A stretch of DNA of 31,202 bases from a virus (IMGVR_UViG_3300028583_002208); one strand, 5' to 3'; shown: positions 8,504 through 16,847, counted from the first letter of the stretch. The notes: generated by a model not told the origin, from the letters alone. Made by a program: numbers and translations.

Positions 8504-9580
8504 ATGAAACCAGAAAAATACGCTTTCCATAACACAGGACAATTCCGTAATGTGGTTAAGGCTATTAAAACATCAGCACAATTCAAAGGTTTAGATGACG
8601 AAGGTAATCCTATCATCGATACTTTAGCAACTGCACCTAAACTTAATTTCATTGGTACGGTGAAAACGCATGGAACTAATGCATCTATTATCTTAGATGA
8701 GAACGGTGTTATCTCTTTTCACAGTAAGAAGAATATTCTGGGCTATGTTGATACTTCAGGAGAGTTTCATTTAGATTCAGACAACGCTGAGTTTGCACAA
8801 ACTATGTACCGAAGATTAGAAGGTGTAAAAGATATTCTTGATCAGACTAAGACATTATTAGGGGATAAGCTACGTTACCCTTTAAAACTTTCAGGTGAAT
8901 TTGTAGGTCAAGGTATTCAGAAAGGGGTTGGTGTAGCTTTCTTACCTCAGAAAACTCTAATACTGTTCGGTGTTAAGAATGGTGACACTTGTCAGAAAAG
9001 TAAACAGGGCTGGTTACCTTTGAAACTAATACAAGGTATTTACAGCAATGATTATCACATCTACAATGTTATGCAGTTTTCTACTTACGAAGTTTATATA
9101 GACTTTAATAATCCTGAGTTATCTCAAAACACCTTAGTAGAAAACACTAACAAGGTGGAGGAAGAGTGTCCTGTAGCTAAAACACTTGGTGTAACAGAAA
9201 CCCTGTTAGGTGAGGGTATTGTCTATCAACCAGAGGACTCTGATTACTGTTGGGATAGTGGTAATTGGTTCAAGGTTAAAGGTGAGAAACATTCTATATC
9301 AAAGGTTAAAACCCTTGCTGCAGTGTGCCCTGAGAAATTAGAATCAATCCAAAAGTTTGTTGAATATGCAGCAACTACTAATCGTTTAGAGCAAGGATTA
9401 CAAGAAGTAGGATTAGATCAAAAACTTGTAGGTACATTTATTGGTTGGGTAAATCGTGACATTAATAAAGAGGAAGGTGATGTCCTAGAGGAAAACAATC
9501 TTTCTATGAAGGATGTTGGTAAGAAAGTGTCTACTGTAGCTAGAAACTTTTACCTAACGGAATTAAGTAAAGATTTATAA
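8504..9580 (+). CDS. rnl2: RNA ligase 2 (Rnl2 family)
   Basis: Motif I KTHGTNA, GEFVGQGIQKGV, GEGIV and FKVK. Confidence 0.88.
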   Translation: MKPEKYAFHNTGQFRNVVKAIKTSAQFKGLDDEGNPIIDTLATAPKLNFIGTVKTHGTNASIILDENGVISFHSKKNILGYVDTSGEFHLDSDNAEFAQTMYRRLEGVKDILDQTKTLLGDKLRYPLKLSGEFVGQGIQKGVGVAFLPQKTLILFGVKNGDTCQKSKQGWLPLKLIQGIYSNDYHIYNVMQFSTYEVYIDFNNPELSQNTLVENTNKVEEECPVAKTLGVTETLLGEGIVYQPEDSDYCWDSGNWFKVKGEKHSISKVKTLAAVCPEKLESIQKFVEYAATTNRLEQGLQEVGLDQKLVGTFIGWVNRDINKEEGDVLEENNLSMKDVGKKVSTVARNFYLTELSKDL

Positions 9581-9589
9581 AATAATCTG

Positions 9590-9650
9590 TTGACTTAAGA
9601 ATTAACCCTGTTAATATAACTCCATCAACTGAGAAACGTTAACAGGGTTA
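9590..9650 (+). promoter_or_regulatory. promoter with a 12-bp inverted repeat overlapping the downstream RBS
   Basis: TTGACT-16-TAATAT; TAACCCTGTTAA (9603-9614) / TTAACAGGGTTA (9639-9650). Confidence 0.65.
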
Positions 9651-9654
9651 TCAA

Positions 9655-10347
9655 ATGAAAGTATCAGAAGCTAAATATAATCGTAAAAAGAAATCGACAT
9701 TATCAAAAAGAAACTGTGGTTTCGAATTAACCTTTGCAGAATTTAAAACTATTTATGAAAAAGCTACCACATGTGATTACACTGGAGTTGAATTTTCAAA
9801 TGAAGATACCAGTCTAATGCCAAGTCTAGAAAGAGTGGATAAAAATTTACCTTACAGAAAAGATAATTGCATCATAGTTACAACCTTAGCAAACCAGATA
9901 AAGGATATAGTGGAAGAGGGTACGGGGAGAGTTAGATTAGAGAATCAACCTGTGCTAGAAGCTATACAGAAAACTCTTAAAAATAAAACCAGAGAAGAAT
10001 TAGTTTCAAAATACTTCCCTGAAGATGAATTAAATAAAAAGGAAAATCCTATTATGAACGATGTAATCATTGCTAAAGATTTTATAAAATACTCTGAAAA
10101 AGAGGTTAATTTCAACGTAAGTTTCTCAAAATTCAAAAGTAAACTTATTAGAAAAACTTGCGAAATAACAGGAAAAGTTTTTGATGAAGACAATCATTAT
10201 ACAAAGAGTGTTATAATTAAAAAGGATCATGATTTGGAGTGGTCAGACGATAATATCCAAGTTGCATGTTTAATGGTAGCAAACATATTGAAGAATGAAT
10301 TATTCTCTGGAAAAGAATTAGAAAAACTTTCTAAAAATATAAAATAA
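9655..10347 (+). CDS. srd: T4 Srd-like protein with a duplicated domain
   Basis: KRNCGFELTF...CDYTGVEF...SLERVDKNLPYRKDNCIIV resembles the Srd N-terminal pattern (F.L....C.YSG..F...SLER.D...GY...N); degenerate second copy in the C-terminal half. Confidence 0.6.
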   Translation: MKVSEAKYNRKKKSTLSKRNCGFELTFAEFKTIYEKATTCDYTGVEFSNEDTSLMPSLERVDKNLPYRKDNCIIVTTLANQIKDIVEEGTGRVRLENQPVLEAIQKTLKNKTREELVSKYFPEDELNKKENPIMNDVIIAKDFIKYSEKEVNFNVSFSKFKSKLIRKTCEITGKVFDEDNHYTKSVIIKKDHDLEWSDDNIQVACLMVANILKNELFSGKELEKLSKNIK

Positions 10348-10351
10348 TCCC

Positions 10352-10411
10352 TTGACACAAACATAAAACCCCGTTATTCTTATTTACATTGAGGAAACGG
10401 GGTTTTCTTTT
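10352..10411 (+). promoter_or_regulatory. promoter embedded in an intrinsic terminator
   Basis: TTGACA-17-TATTCT; 11-bp perfect IR 10365-10375/10396-10406 followed by CTTTT. Confidence 0.7.
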
Positions 10412-10447
10412 GCCTGAAACAAACTTTTGATAAATAGGAGAATAATT

Positions 10448-10678
10448 ATGGGTGTACTGGCTTGTGATAGAAATGGTTGTGAAAATATTATGTGTGATAA
10501 TGTGTCACATGAACGCAATGAATACCTTTGTAATGAATGTAAACAAGAATTGAAAGAAGAGGGTGTTTGCTGCATAGATAACTTTATGCAAAGTAACAAA
10601 CAACAGCCTACAAGTTATCATCAAGAATGGGAAGACTACATTGATGAATTGTTTACTGATCGTTGGGAGGAGAGATAA
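10448..10678 (+). CDS. Cys-rich (possible Zn-binding) small protein
   Basis: C-x4-C-x4-C and CNEC motifs; AGGAG SD before ATG 10448. Confidence 0.75.
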   Translation: MGVLACDRNGCENIMCDNVSHERNEYLCNECKQELKEEGVCCIDNFMQSNKQQPTSYHQEWEDYIDELFTDRWEER

Positions 10679-10680
10679 TT

Positions 10681-10911
10681 ATGCAGATTCCAGAAATGCC
10701 TTTAGGTAAGCCTCCTAAGAAAGAGGTTAACATGACAGAATATAAATCGCTCAAGAAGATGCTCACTTATTTCAAAGAAGAACATGCCAAAAGTAATCAG
10801 GCTTTACAGGAAAGTGGTGATTCTGCTCATTGTTCTCCTTTCGATGCAATATCTGTTTCAGAATTGAAAGATTACATGTTAAACGTTTTAGAAGAGGAGT
10901 TGGATTTATGA
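10681..10911 (+). CDS. hypothetical protein
   Basis: GGAGGAG SD before ATG 10681. Confidence 0.7.
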   Translation: MQIPEMPLGKPPKKEVNMTEYKSLKKMLTYFKEEHAKSNQALQESGDSAHCSPFDAISVSELKDYMLNVLEEELDL

Positions 10912-11345
10912 GCATGATTGAACAATATTTCTCATCAAAAAATAAATTGTATAACAGAGTTTACCAAATATTAAATGTATTAGAGGATAAGTTCTCTTAT
11001 GGTGACTACTATTATAATAAGGTCACCTCTATACAAAACACTGAGAAAAGTTTAGTTTTAGATTTAGTTTATCAAGAACCATATGAAGATGACTCTGACA
11101 TAAAAAGGTTTATTTTCCCGAAAGATTTATTCACAGAGGAATTCCCTGAGGATAAAATCATTTCATTTTGGAAGGACTACATTAAGCAAGAGGAAACCTT
11201 TGAAATCAGACATACTTTAGAACAAACACTTCTAGGTTTAAGTGTAGATTTATTGGAAGAATTATCTGATTTAAATGTTGACTTCTCTAAGTTGAAAGAG
11301 TATTCTTATCGTAATGAAATTTTAAACAAGTTGATGGAGAAATAA
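10908..11345 (+). CDS. hypothetical protein (start moved from 10830)
   Basis: GAGGAG SD and ATGA overlap at 10908. Confidence 0.75.
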   Translation: MSMIEQYFSSKNKLYNRVYQILNVLEDKFSYGDYYYNKVTSIQNTEKSLVLDLVYQEPYEDDSDIKRFIFPKDLFTEEFPEDKIISFWKDYIKQEETFEIRHTLEQTLLGLSVDLLEELSDLNVDFSKLKEYSYRNEILNKLMEK

Positions 11346-11346
11346 T

Positions 11347-11502
11347 ATGAGTACTTGGTCAAAATGGCAGATTGCAATAGGTGGGTGGAGTTTAGGGTTG
11401 GGTATGATGGGTTGTGCATACGAAGTTGATACACTCAGCTTGTGTAATATAGGTATCGGCGTAGTAAATTTAACTATAGGGTGGTTACGAGATGAAAAGT
11501 AG
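11347..11502 (+). CDS. 51-aa Gly-rich membrane peptide (not in ORF track)
   Basis: MSTWSKWQIAIGGWSLGLGMMGCA...TIGWLRDEK*; GGAG SD; fills the gap. Confidence 0.65.
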   Translation: MSTWSKWQIAIGGWSLGLGMMGCAYEVDTLSLCNIGIGVVNLTIGWLRDEK

Positions 11503-11710
11503 TTACGCTTTTGAATGTGAAGAACAATTTATAGAATATGATTACCGAGATTGGAAGATAACACTTTCTGATGAAATAGATTACATTGGTATTAGTATTC
11601 GCCACAAGAGTAAGTCTGCTGGAAAAGATTGTTATACGACTAGTCTTGATGAGGAAACCGCCACACTTATAGCAGAACAGTGGTGTGATGAGTTTGACGG
11701 TAAATACTAA
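11492..11710 (+). CDS. hypothetical protein
   Basis: Overlaps the upstream ORF; phage-like composition. Confidence 0.7.
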   Translation: MKSSYAFECEEQFIEYDYRDWKITLSDEIDYIGISIRHKSKSAGKDCYTTSLDEETATLIAEQWCDEFDGKY

Positions 11711-11724
11711 AAAAGGGGGAAATT

Positions 11725-12297
11725 ATGAAAAATAACATTATGCAAACAATCAATAAAATGTACAAAAGTAACCCCACTTTAGAAGAAACAGAGATTTCTA
11801 AACTGGAATCACTTTTAACACAAGTGGGTGGTAATGCTAAAAATATCCTTCTTTCAGCAGAGGAAACTTCTATGGCGGCATTCATTGATACATGTGTCCG
11901 AAACGGGATCACATTTGAGCTACGCAAGGGGAGTTCTAATAAGGCAGGTGATGTTGGGGTAGATGCCTCACCTCTTTCTGAAACAGCCCCTGTGAGCAAC
12001 GATGATTCTTCACCTGTACAATCACCTTCGAAGAGTGAGAAACCTTCTGAGGATGTTTATGAAGAGCCACAGAAGCCTTTAACAAGGATTACTTTGGATA
12101 ATTGGAAGGAAGTTTTATTTATTGGAGAAGATGTTATATCTTTTGATGAAAAGGGTAACAAAGTGGTTAGTGAAGTTACCAATTTAGAAGATGACGACTA
12201 TGATTTGAACGGTTTTATAGAATTAAACGGAACTTGGGTTTATTTTGAAGATGACAGCACTTGTGAAAATGGTAGAGAATACTATGTGGAGAAGTGA
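11725..12297 (+). CDS. hypothetical protein with S/P/E-rich linker and acidic C-terminus
   Basis: AAGGGG SD; low-complexity middle segment. Confidence 0.75.
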   Translation: MKNNIMQTINKMYKSNPTLEETEISKLESLLTQVGGNAKNILLSAEETSMAAFIDTCVRNGITFELRKGSSNKAGDVGVDASPLSETAPVSNDDSSPVQSPSKSEKPSEDVYEEPQKPLTRITLDNWKEVLFIGEDVISFDEKGNKVVSEVTNLEDDDYDLNGFIELNGTWVYFEDDSTCENGREYYVEK

Positions 12298-12509
12298 TTA
12301 TGAATAAATATATAAAACACTTCACACAATTATTCCTCTTCTGGTGTCCAATGGTAAATCTTGTGACATTATTCATTTTGTTGAAAGTGGATTTCCTTGG
12401 GATGAGAGGGTATTGTGAGAGGGGGTATTCAAGTTTCTCAAAGACTATTCTTGTGGGGATGATTCAGGGTTGGAGCGGGGTGTTTGTTTTGTGGGTGGTG
12501 TTTGGTTGA
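12294..12509 (+). CDS. small membrane protein
   Basis: Two hydrophobic segments; GTGA overlap. Confidence 0.65.
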   Translation: MIMNKYIKHFTQLFLFWCPMVNLVTLFILLKVDFLGMRGYCERGYSSFSKTILVGMIQGWSGVFVLWVVFG

Positions 12510-12512
12510 GGT

Positions 12513-12541
12513 TTGACAAATATATAAAATCATATTATAAT
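12513..12541 (+). promoter_or_regulatory. consensus sigma70 promoter
   Basis: TTGACA-17-TATAAT. Confidence 0.85.
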
Positions 12542-12570
12542 TACTATATAAAACACGAAGGAGATAAATT

Positions 12571-12804
12571 ATGACTTCCAGAATAAAAGAAGGTTTCTGT
12601 GAAAAGTTAAATGCAATACGGTTAGAGGATAAACTGACCTACAAAGATTTCCGTTCTTTTGCAGAAGAGGATGGGTATAAATTAACAGACTCTCAATTAA
12701 ATGCTATCTTTACTAAAAAAGGTGATGGAGTTGGTATGGGAACTATCGAGAAAATTTATGAATCTTTAGATATTAAAATTGGCCTTTATATTGAAGAAGA
12801 TTAA
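12571..12804 (+). CDS. XRE/Cro-like helix-turn-helix protein
   Basis: Pattern L.AIR...KLTYKDF......LTDSQL..I...G...MGTIEKI..SL. Confidence 0.65.
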   Translation: MTSRIKEGFCEKLNAIRLEDKLTYKDFRSFAEEDGYKLTDSQLNAIFTKKGDGVGMGTIEKIYESLDIKIGLYIEED

Positions 12805-12873
12805 CATTAAAAAGTTAAGTTATTGATTTAGTAGCTTATTTGTATCATAACGCTTCCATAAGGTAATATCTAT

Positions 12874-13053
12874 ATGAATCTATTTATTCCTAAATATTTA
12901 ATAACTTATTTAGATGATAATAAGGGAAACACTCATTCAAGAGAGAGCTTGATAATTAGCTTAATCAAGTACGCACAGAAACATAACATTGACCTACAGA
13001 ATGTAAAAGAAGAGGATAGGCATGAAAGAATTAAAGGAGATGAGCAAGTTTGA
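12874..13053 (+). CDS. 59-aa ribbon-helix-helix-like protein (not in ORF track)
   Basis: MNLFIPKYLITYLDDNKGNTHSRESLIISLIKYAQ fits a strand-helix-turn-helix pattern; AAGG upstream. Confidence 0.5.
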   Translation: MNLFIPKYLITYLDDNKGNTHSRESLIISLIKYAQKHNIDLQNVKEEDRHERIKGDEQV

Positions 13054-14254
13054 CAGAATTTGTATCACAACTAATGTAATAGGCAAAGCACTAACATACC
13101 ACAAAAGTGAAATAAACACACCTTTATTTAAAGAAATTATAAATCTACTTCCTAAGAATGTTAGGTATATCCCTGAGACTTGGTTTATAATTTCTTGTAT
13201 GACTAAAGCTACTAATAATGGTAAAATTGGTGTTCATATTGGAAGAAGAGTGCAAGACTTTTCATCTGCAAGAAAACAATTTTCAAATAATATAAGCAGA
13301 GCTAAACTTCATAGATTAATAGAATGTTTAGAATCACTAGGCGTATTAGAAATATACTTAGGTTATTATGACTCTATCAAGGGCGGTAAACAAAGTTGTA
13401 TAGTTTTTAATGAAGATTGGATGGCTAAAGTTAATAAACATAAATCTTCTGAGGAAATGTTTGATTACGTGGAGGTAAAGTGCAGTGTTACAGGGGAATT
13501 ACTACCTGTAGAAAACTTTTATGGTGTTAAGAAGATAATCAAAGAAGTTTATGATTATGATAAAGTGTTATCTGATACAGAAATAAAAGTAAACGGTGTC
13601 ATAGTTAGACCAAAGTATAAAAGATTATTTACTGATAACTTAAATAGACACGGAAGATACTATACCAACGATGAATTTTTATCCCTGCCTAAAGACTTAC
13701 GTGCAACCATTAGTTTTTGGGACGAACCTGTAACTGGTTATGATATTGTATCCACACACCCTAGCATACTTTATGAGATTGAGGATATTGAATTGAAGCA
13801 TGACCCTTACTTTGTAGAGGGTGTTCCTAGAGTGTTCTGTAAATTCTTACTGATGTGTGCCTTGTACAATGATAATAAAAGAGATTGTGTAAATGCTGTA
13901 CGTAAGAAAATGATGAAGGATAAACGTAAAAGAAAAGTGTTCCCTGAAACTTGTCACAACTACACTTATAAGGATGTTTCAGAAATATGTGATCAGTTGA
14001 TCATTAATAATAAACCAATTGAAAAGTATTTCCTTTCTGATAAAATGTTGTGGGCTAAGTTACAAAATATTGATAGTGCTATAGCTACCTATGTGATAAA
14101 AGATTTCATATCAGATAAACAACCTATCTTACTTTGGCACGATGAGATGATTGTTGTGGAGAGTTTAGAGGGGAAATTGGTACAAAGTATCCCTTCTGCT
14201 TGGAAGAAAGTGCTGGGGTCAAATGTAAACTGTAGAATAAAGAAGGAATTCTAA
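13022..14254 (+). CDS. compact family-A polymerase-like protein (TV-Pol / T7-RNAP-like palm) with N-terminal domain
   Basis: GRYY; motif A GYDIVSTHP; motif B R-x3-K-x7-Y (RVFCKFLLMCALY); motif C WHDE. Confidence 0.7.
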   Translation: MKELKEMSKFDRICITTNVIGKALTYHKSEINTPLFKEIINLLPKNVRYIPETWFIISCMTKATNNGKIGVHIGRRVQDFSSARKQFSNNISRAKLHRLIECLESLGVLEIYLGYYDSIKGGKQSCIVFNEDWMAKVNKHKSSEEMFDYVEVKCSVTGELLPVENFYGVKKIIKEVYDYDKVLSDTEIKVNGVIVRPKYKRLFTDNLNRHGRYYTNDEFLSLPKDLRATISFWDEPVTGYDIVSTHPSILYEIEDIELKHDPYFVEGVPRVFCKFLLMCALYNDNKRDCVNAVRKKMMKDKRKRKVFPETCHNYTYKDVSEICDQLIINNKPIEKYFLSDKMLWAKLQNIDSAIATYVIKDFISDKQPILLWHDEMIVVESLEGKLVQSIPSAWKKVLGSNVNCRIKKEF

Positions 14255-14255
14255 T

Positions 14256-14828
14256 ATGCTTTACGGGAAAGGTTATTATAACGGAACGGTGTCTGTTGAT
14301 AGAGAGTCACATTGTTACAGGCAGTGGAAAGATATGATGACTAGGTGCCACTCTGCATCTTACAAAAAGAGAAACCCCACTACAAATTTCTCTGTTTGTG
14401 AAGAGTGGAATTGTTACGATAATTTCTACAATTGGTATAATACTAGGGGTTTTAAAGAAGGAACATTGACTTGTAACGCTAGATCACCTGATGACAAGGA
14501 GTTTAACCATTTTACAAGTACAATCTTACCTTTAGAATGGGGTCGGTTTTTATCATGGAGAAAGTCAAAAGGTGATTACAGTGAAGGCGGTTATGTAGTG
14601 AGTAAAGCTTTCGTGCTAAGGGTTAGAGATCCATTAGATAAAGGTAAAGGTACATCATCTTATCTAGGTAGATTCAATTCTGAAAAAGAATCGACAATGT
14701 TTTATGCAGAGTGGAAGAAAAGTAGAGTGAAAGTTCTTATTGACTTGTACGAAGGAGATTTGTACCTTAAAGAACAATTAGAAGATTACATTAAATATAT
14801 AGATAATTACATTGTAAAGGAAAGTTAA
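14256..14828 (+). CDS. degenerate HNH-type endonuclease paralogue
   Basis: Keeps W..M..RC and VCEEW..Y.NFY.W but lacks LDKD and the distal Asn. Confidence 0.65.
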   Translation: MLYGKGYYNGTVSVDRESHCYRQWKDMMTRCHSASYKKRNPTTNFSVCEEWNCYDNFYNWYNTRGFKEGTLTCNARSPDDKEFNHFTSTILPLEWGRFLSWRKSKGDYSEGGYVVSKAFVLRVRDPLDKGKGTSSYLGRFNSEKESTMFYAEWKKSRVKVLIDLYEGDLYLKEQLEDYIKYIDNYIVKES

Positions 14829-14829
14829 C

Positions 14830-15498
14830 ATGAGAGAAGAAGAATTTGAGTTTCCGATGGTGACTGCTAGTAAGGCAAGTCTTACTAAGAGAAAGTTAAT
14901 ATACGGTATTGGGGTGAACGATGCGGGGTATATTACACAACTGAACATAGAAGGTAAATTGAAATCTTGTCCATACTATACAAAGTGGAATGGTATGATC
15001 AAAAGAGGTTATTGTCCTAAATATAAAGAAAGACGCCCTACTTACAAAGACTGTACTGTTTGTGAAGAGTGGTTAACATTTTCTAACTTCAGATCGTGGA
15101 TGGAGAAACAGGATTGGGAGGAGAAACAACTTGACAAGGATATTATTGTACCTAACAACAAGGTATATTCTCCTGAGACTTGTGCATTTGTTAGTTGCAG
15201 GGTTAACTCTTTATTACTAGATAATGGTAAATCTAGAGGTAATTATAAAAAGGGTGTGTACTTTTTGGAAAAGACTAATAATTTCAAAGCTAGTTGTAGT
15301 AATGGTAATGGAAAAATAAAACACCTAGGCACATTCACCACCGAACAACTCGCCTACGAAGCATATGTCACATACAAACACGCACTCATCCTAAAAGTAG
15401 CTTCTGAGCAAGAGGATACACGTGTCAAAAATGGATTACTACTTCATGCAAATATACTTTTAGAAAGTTTAAATGAGGAAAATGAGACCCTGATATAA
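14830..15498 (+). CDS. HNH-type homing endonuclease with AP2-like C-terminal DNA-binding domain
   Basis: IYGIGVND, VCEEWLTFSNF, LDKD, YSPETCAFV...N; GV...FKA.C...HLGTF.T...AY.AY. Confidence 0.88.
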   Translation: MREEEFEFPMVTASKASLTKRKLIYGIGVNDAGYITQLNIEGKLKSCPYYTKWNGMIKRGYCPKYKERRPTYKDCTVCEEWLTFSNFRSWMEKQDWEEKQLDKDIIVPNNKVYSPETCAFVSCRVNSLLLDNGKSRGNYKKGVYFLEKTNNFKASCSNGNGKIKHLGTFTTEQLAYEAYVTYKHALILKVASEQEDTRVKNGLLLHANILLESLNEENETLI

Positions 15499-15547
15499 AA
15501 ATAATGTCACTTTATTTAAAATATATTAAATTTATTTAAAAACCCCC

Positions 15548-15620
15548 TTGACCAAATAGAAAGCTTGTATTAATATTACCTTATCGAAACGGAGGTGATG
15601 TTGGTGCAAGCTTTTTCGTT
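15548..15620 (+). promoter_or_regulatory. promoter embedded in a 23-bp terminator hairpin
   Basis: TTGACC-17-TAATAT; stem 15560-15582/15592-15614 with six U-G pairs, followed by TTCGTT. Confidence 0.75.
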
Positions 15621-15652
15621 TCTAAATATTAAAACTTTTTGAGGAGAATAAT

Positions 15653-15976
15653 ATGAATTTATCAGAAAAGATCCAGCAGGAAAAGAAAGTACACTTTATT
15701 AAAGAGTTTAAAGCTAGATATCCAGAAGTGTATTCTTGGTTCAATTCTTATGAGTTTTCAAGTTTGTTTAAAAATCGTCAAGAAGTTGATTTACAAATGC
15801 AGTATAATAAATATGGAAACATAGAGACTATTCCTACTCTTCCTTTTACGGATTCTTCTGGAGAAGTTCCTTTAGGAGATATACAAACTTATTTAGAGGA
15901 AGAAGGGTTTGATGTTGGTATTAAGATACAGTACTCGTTTTTCAAATTTCTTACTGTAAGATTAAAAGGAGAATAA
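15653..15976 (+). CDS. hypothetical protein
   Basis: GAGGAG SD. Confidence 0.75.
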   Translation: MNLSEKIQQEKKVHFIKEFKARYPEVYSWFNSYEFSSLFKNRQEVDLQMQYNKYGNIETIPTLPFTDSSGEVPLGDIQTYLEEEGFDVGIKIQYSFFKFLTVRLKGE

Positions 15977-15977
15977 C

Positions 15978-16424
15978 ATGAGTGAACAAAAATTGAGAAA
16001 ATTTCGTTTGATTGATAAAGAGGGTTATTTTTCTTCTTCAACTATGAATAAAAAATATTATGAAAATTATTACACTTCTAAAAACTATTATGAAGGTTAT
16101 GTGAACGATTGTGGTGACTTGATGTGTGAAGAAGAAGATAACCTTTTAATATCTTCGGATGAATTCTCTTTATTTGAAGAACTCCCTTTAGAAGAAGAGG
16201 GTAACATTCAACAAGAACATCTTAACAACGAAGTCTCAGGCACTTTCTCAGATGAGATGATACATTGTATTAAAGAGGATTGCCACGCTGTGAACGGCTC
16301 TCTCTGCTTCTATAAAGAGGGTGTTGTGTTCTTATGGAACGAAGATGAATACTTTATAGAAAGTGTTGAAGATTACAGCAAGGTGATTAATTCTATAAAA
16401 GTGTTGAACTCTTTTAAAAAGTAA
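15978..16424 (+). CDS. acidic hypothetical protein
   Basis: AAGGAG SD. Confidence 0.75.
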   Translation: MSEQKLRKFRLIDKEGYFSSSTMNKKYYENYYTSKNYYEGYVNDCGDLMCEEEDNLLISSDEFSLFEELPLEEEGNIQQEHLNNEVSGTFSDEMIHCIKEDCHAVNGSLCFYKEGVVFLWNEDEYFIESVEDYSKVINSIKVLNSFKK

Positions 16425-16462
16425 TTTATAGTGGGTAGGATTTAATTTTGGAGGAATAATTT

Positions 16463-16675
16463 ATGAACATTAAACGAATTGAAATGGATTGGCAAATGGG
16501 CAGTCACTATGACATTTGGACAAACGCTGTAACACTTGCAGAGGATCATTGTTGCGAAGTGAGTTTTCCTTTTAATGGCAGTGTTTACATTGTGAACGAG
16601 AAATCTATCTGGAGTACAGACATACATGAGAAAATTATGGATAATGTTGGTAAAGGTGTGGAGGTGATGTTGTGA
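16463..16675 (+). CDS. hypothetical protein
   Basis: GGAGG SD. Confidence 0.75.
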   Translation: MNIKRIEMDWQMGSHYDIWTNAVTLAEDHCCEVSFPFNGSVYIVNEKSIWSTDIHEKIMDNVGKGVEVML

Positions 16676-16836
16676 AATTTGAATTTTGGTTATGGGTGTT
16701 TATTTGGACAGTAGAAACCCTTATTATAAAGTATGGTTTCGGGGTGGAAAGTTGGATTATTAGTGTTATCCTTGCAGTTACAGTAGGTAGCTTTGCTGTT
16801 TGGATGGTAAGACAATTACCCGAGTTATTAGACTGA
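16672..16836 (+). CDS. 54-aa two-helix membrane protein (not in ORF track)
   Basis: GTG start overlapping the upstream TGA; GGAGGT SD; MKFEFWLWVFIW...LPELLD*. Confidence 0.7.
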   Translation: MKFEFWLWVFIWTVETLIIKYGFGVESWIISVILAVTVGSFAVWMVRQLPELLD

Positions 16837-16847
16837 GGACTGATAAA

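Noticed and set aside
6751-10599. Track ORFs 6751-7038(-), 7644-7838(-), 8117-8365(+), 8470-8652(-), 9945-10193(-), 10384-10599(-)
   Set aside because: Antisense or alternate-frame shadows of well-supported genes, with no SD or motifs.
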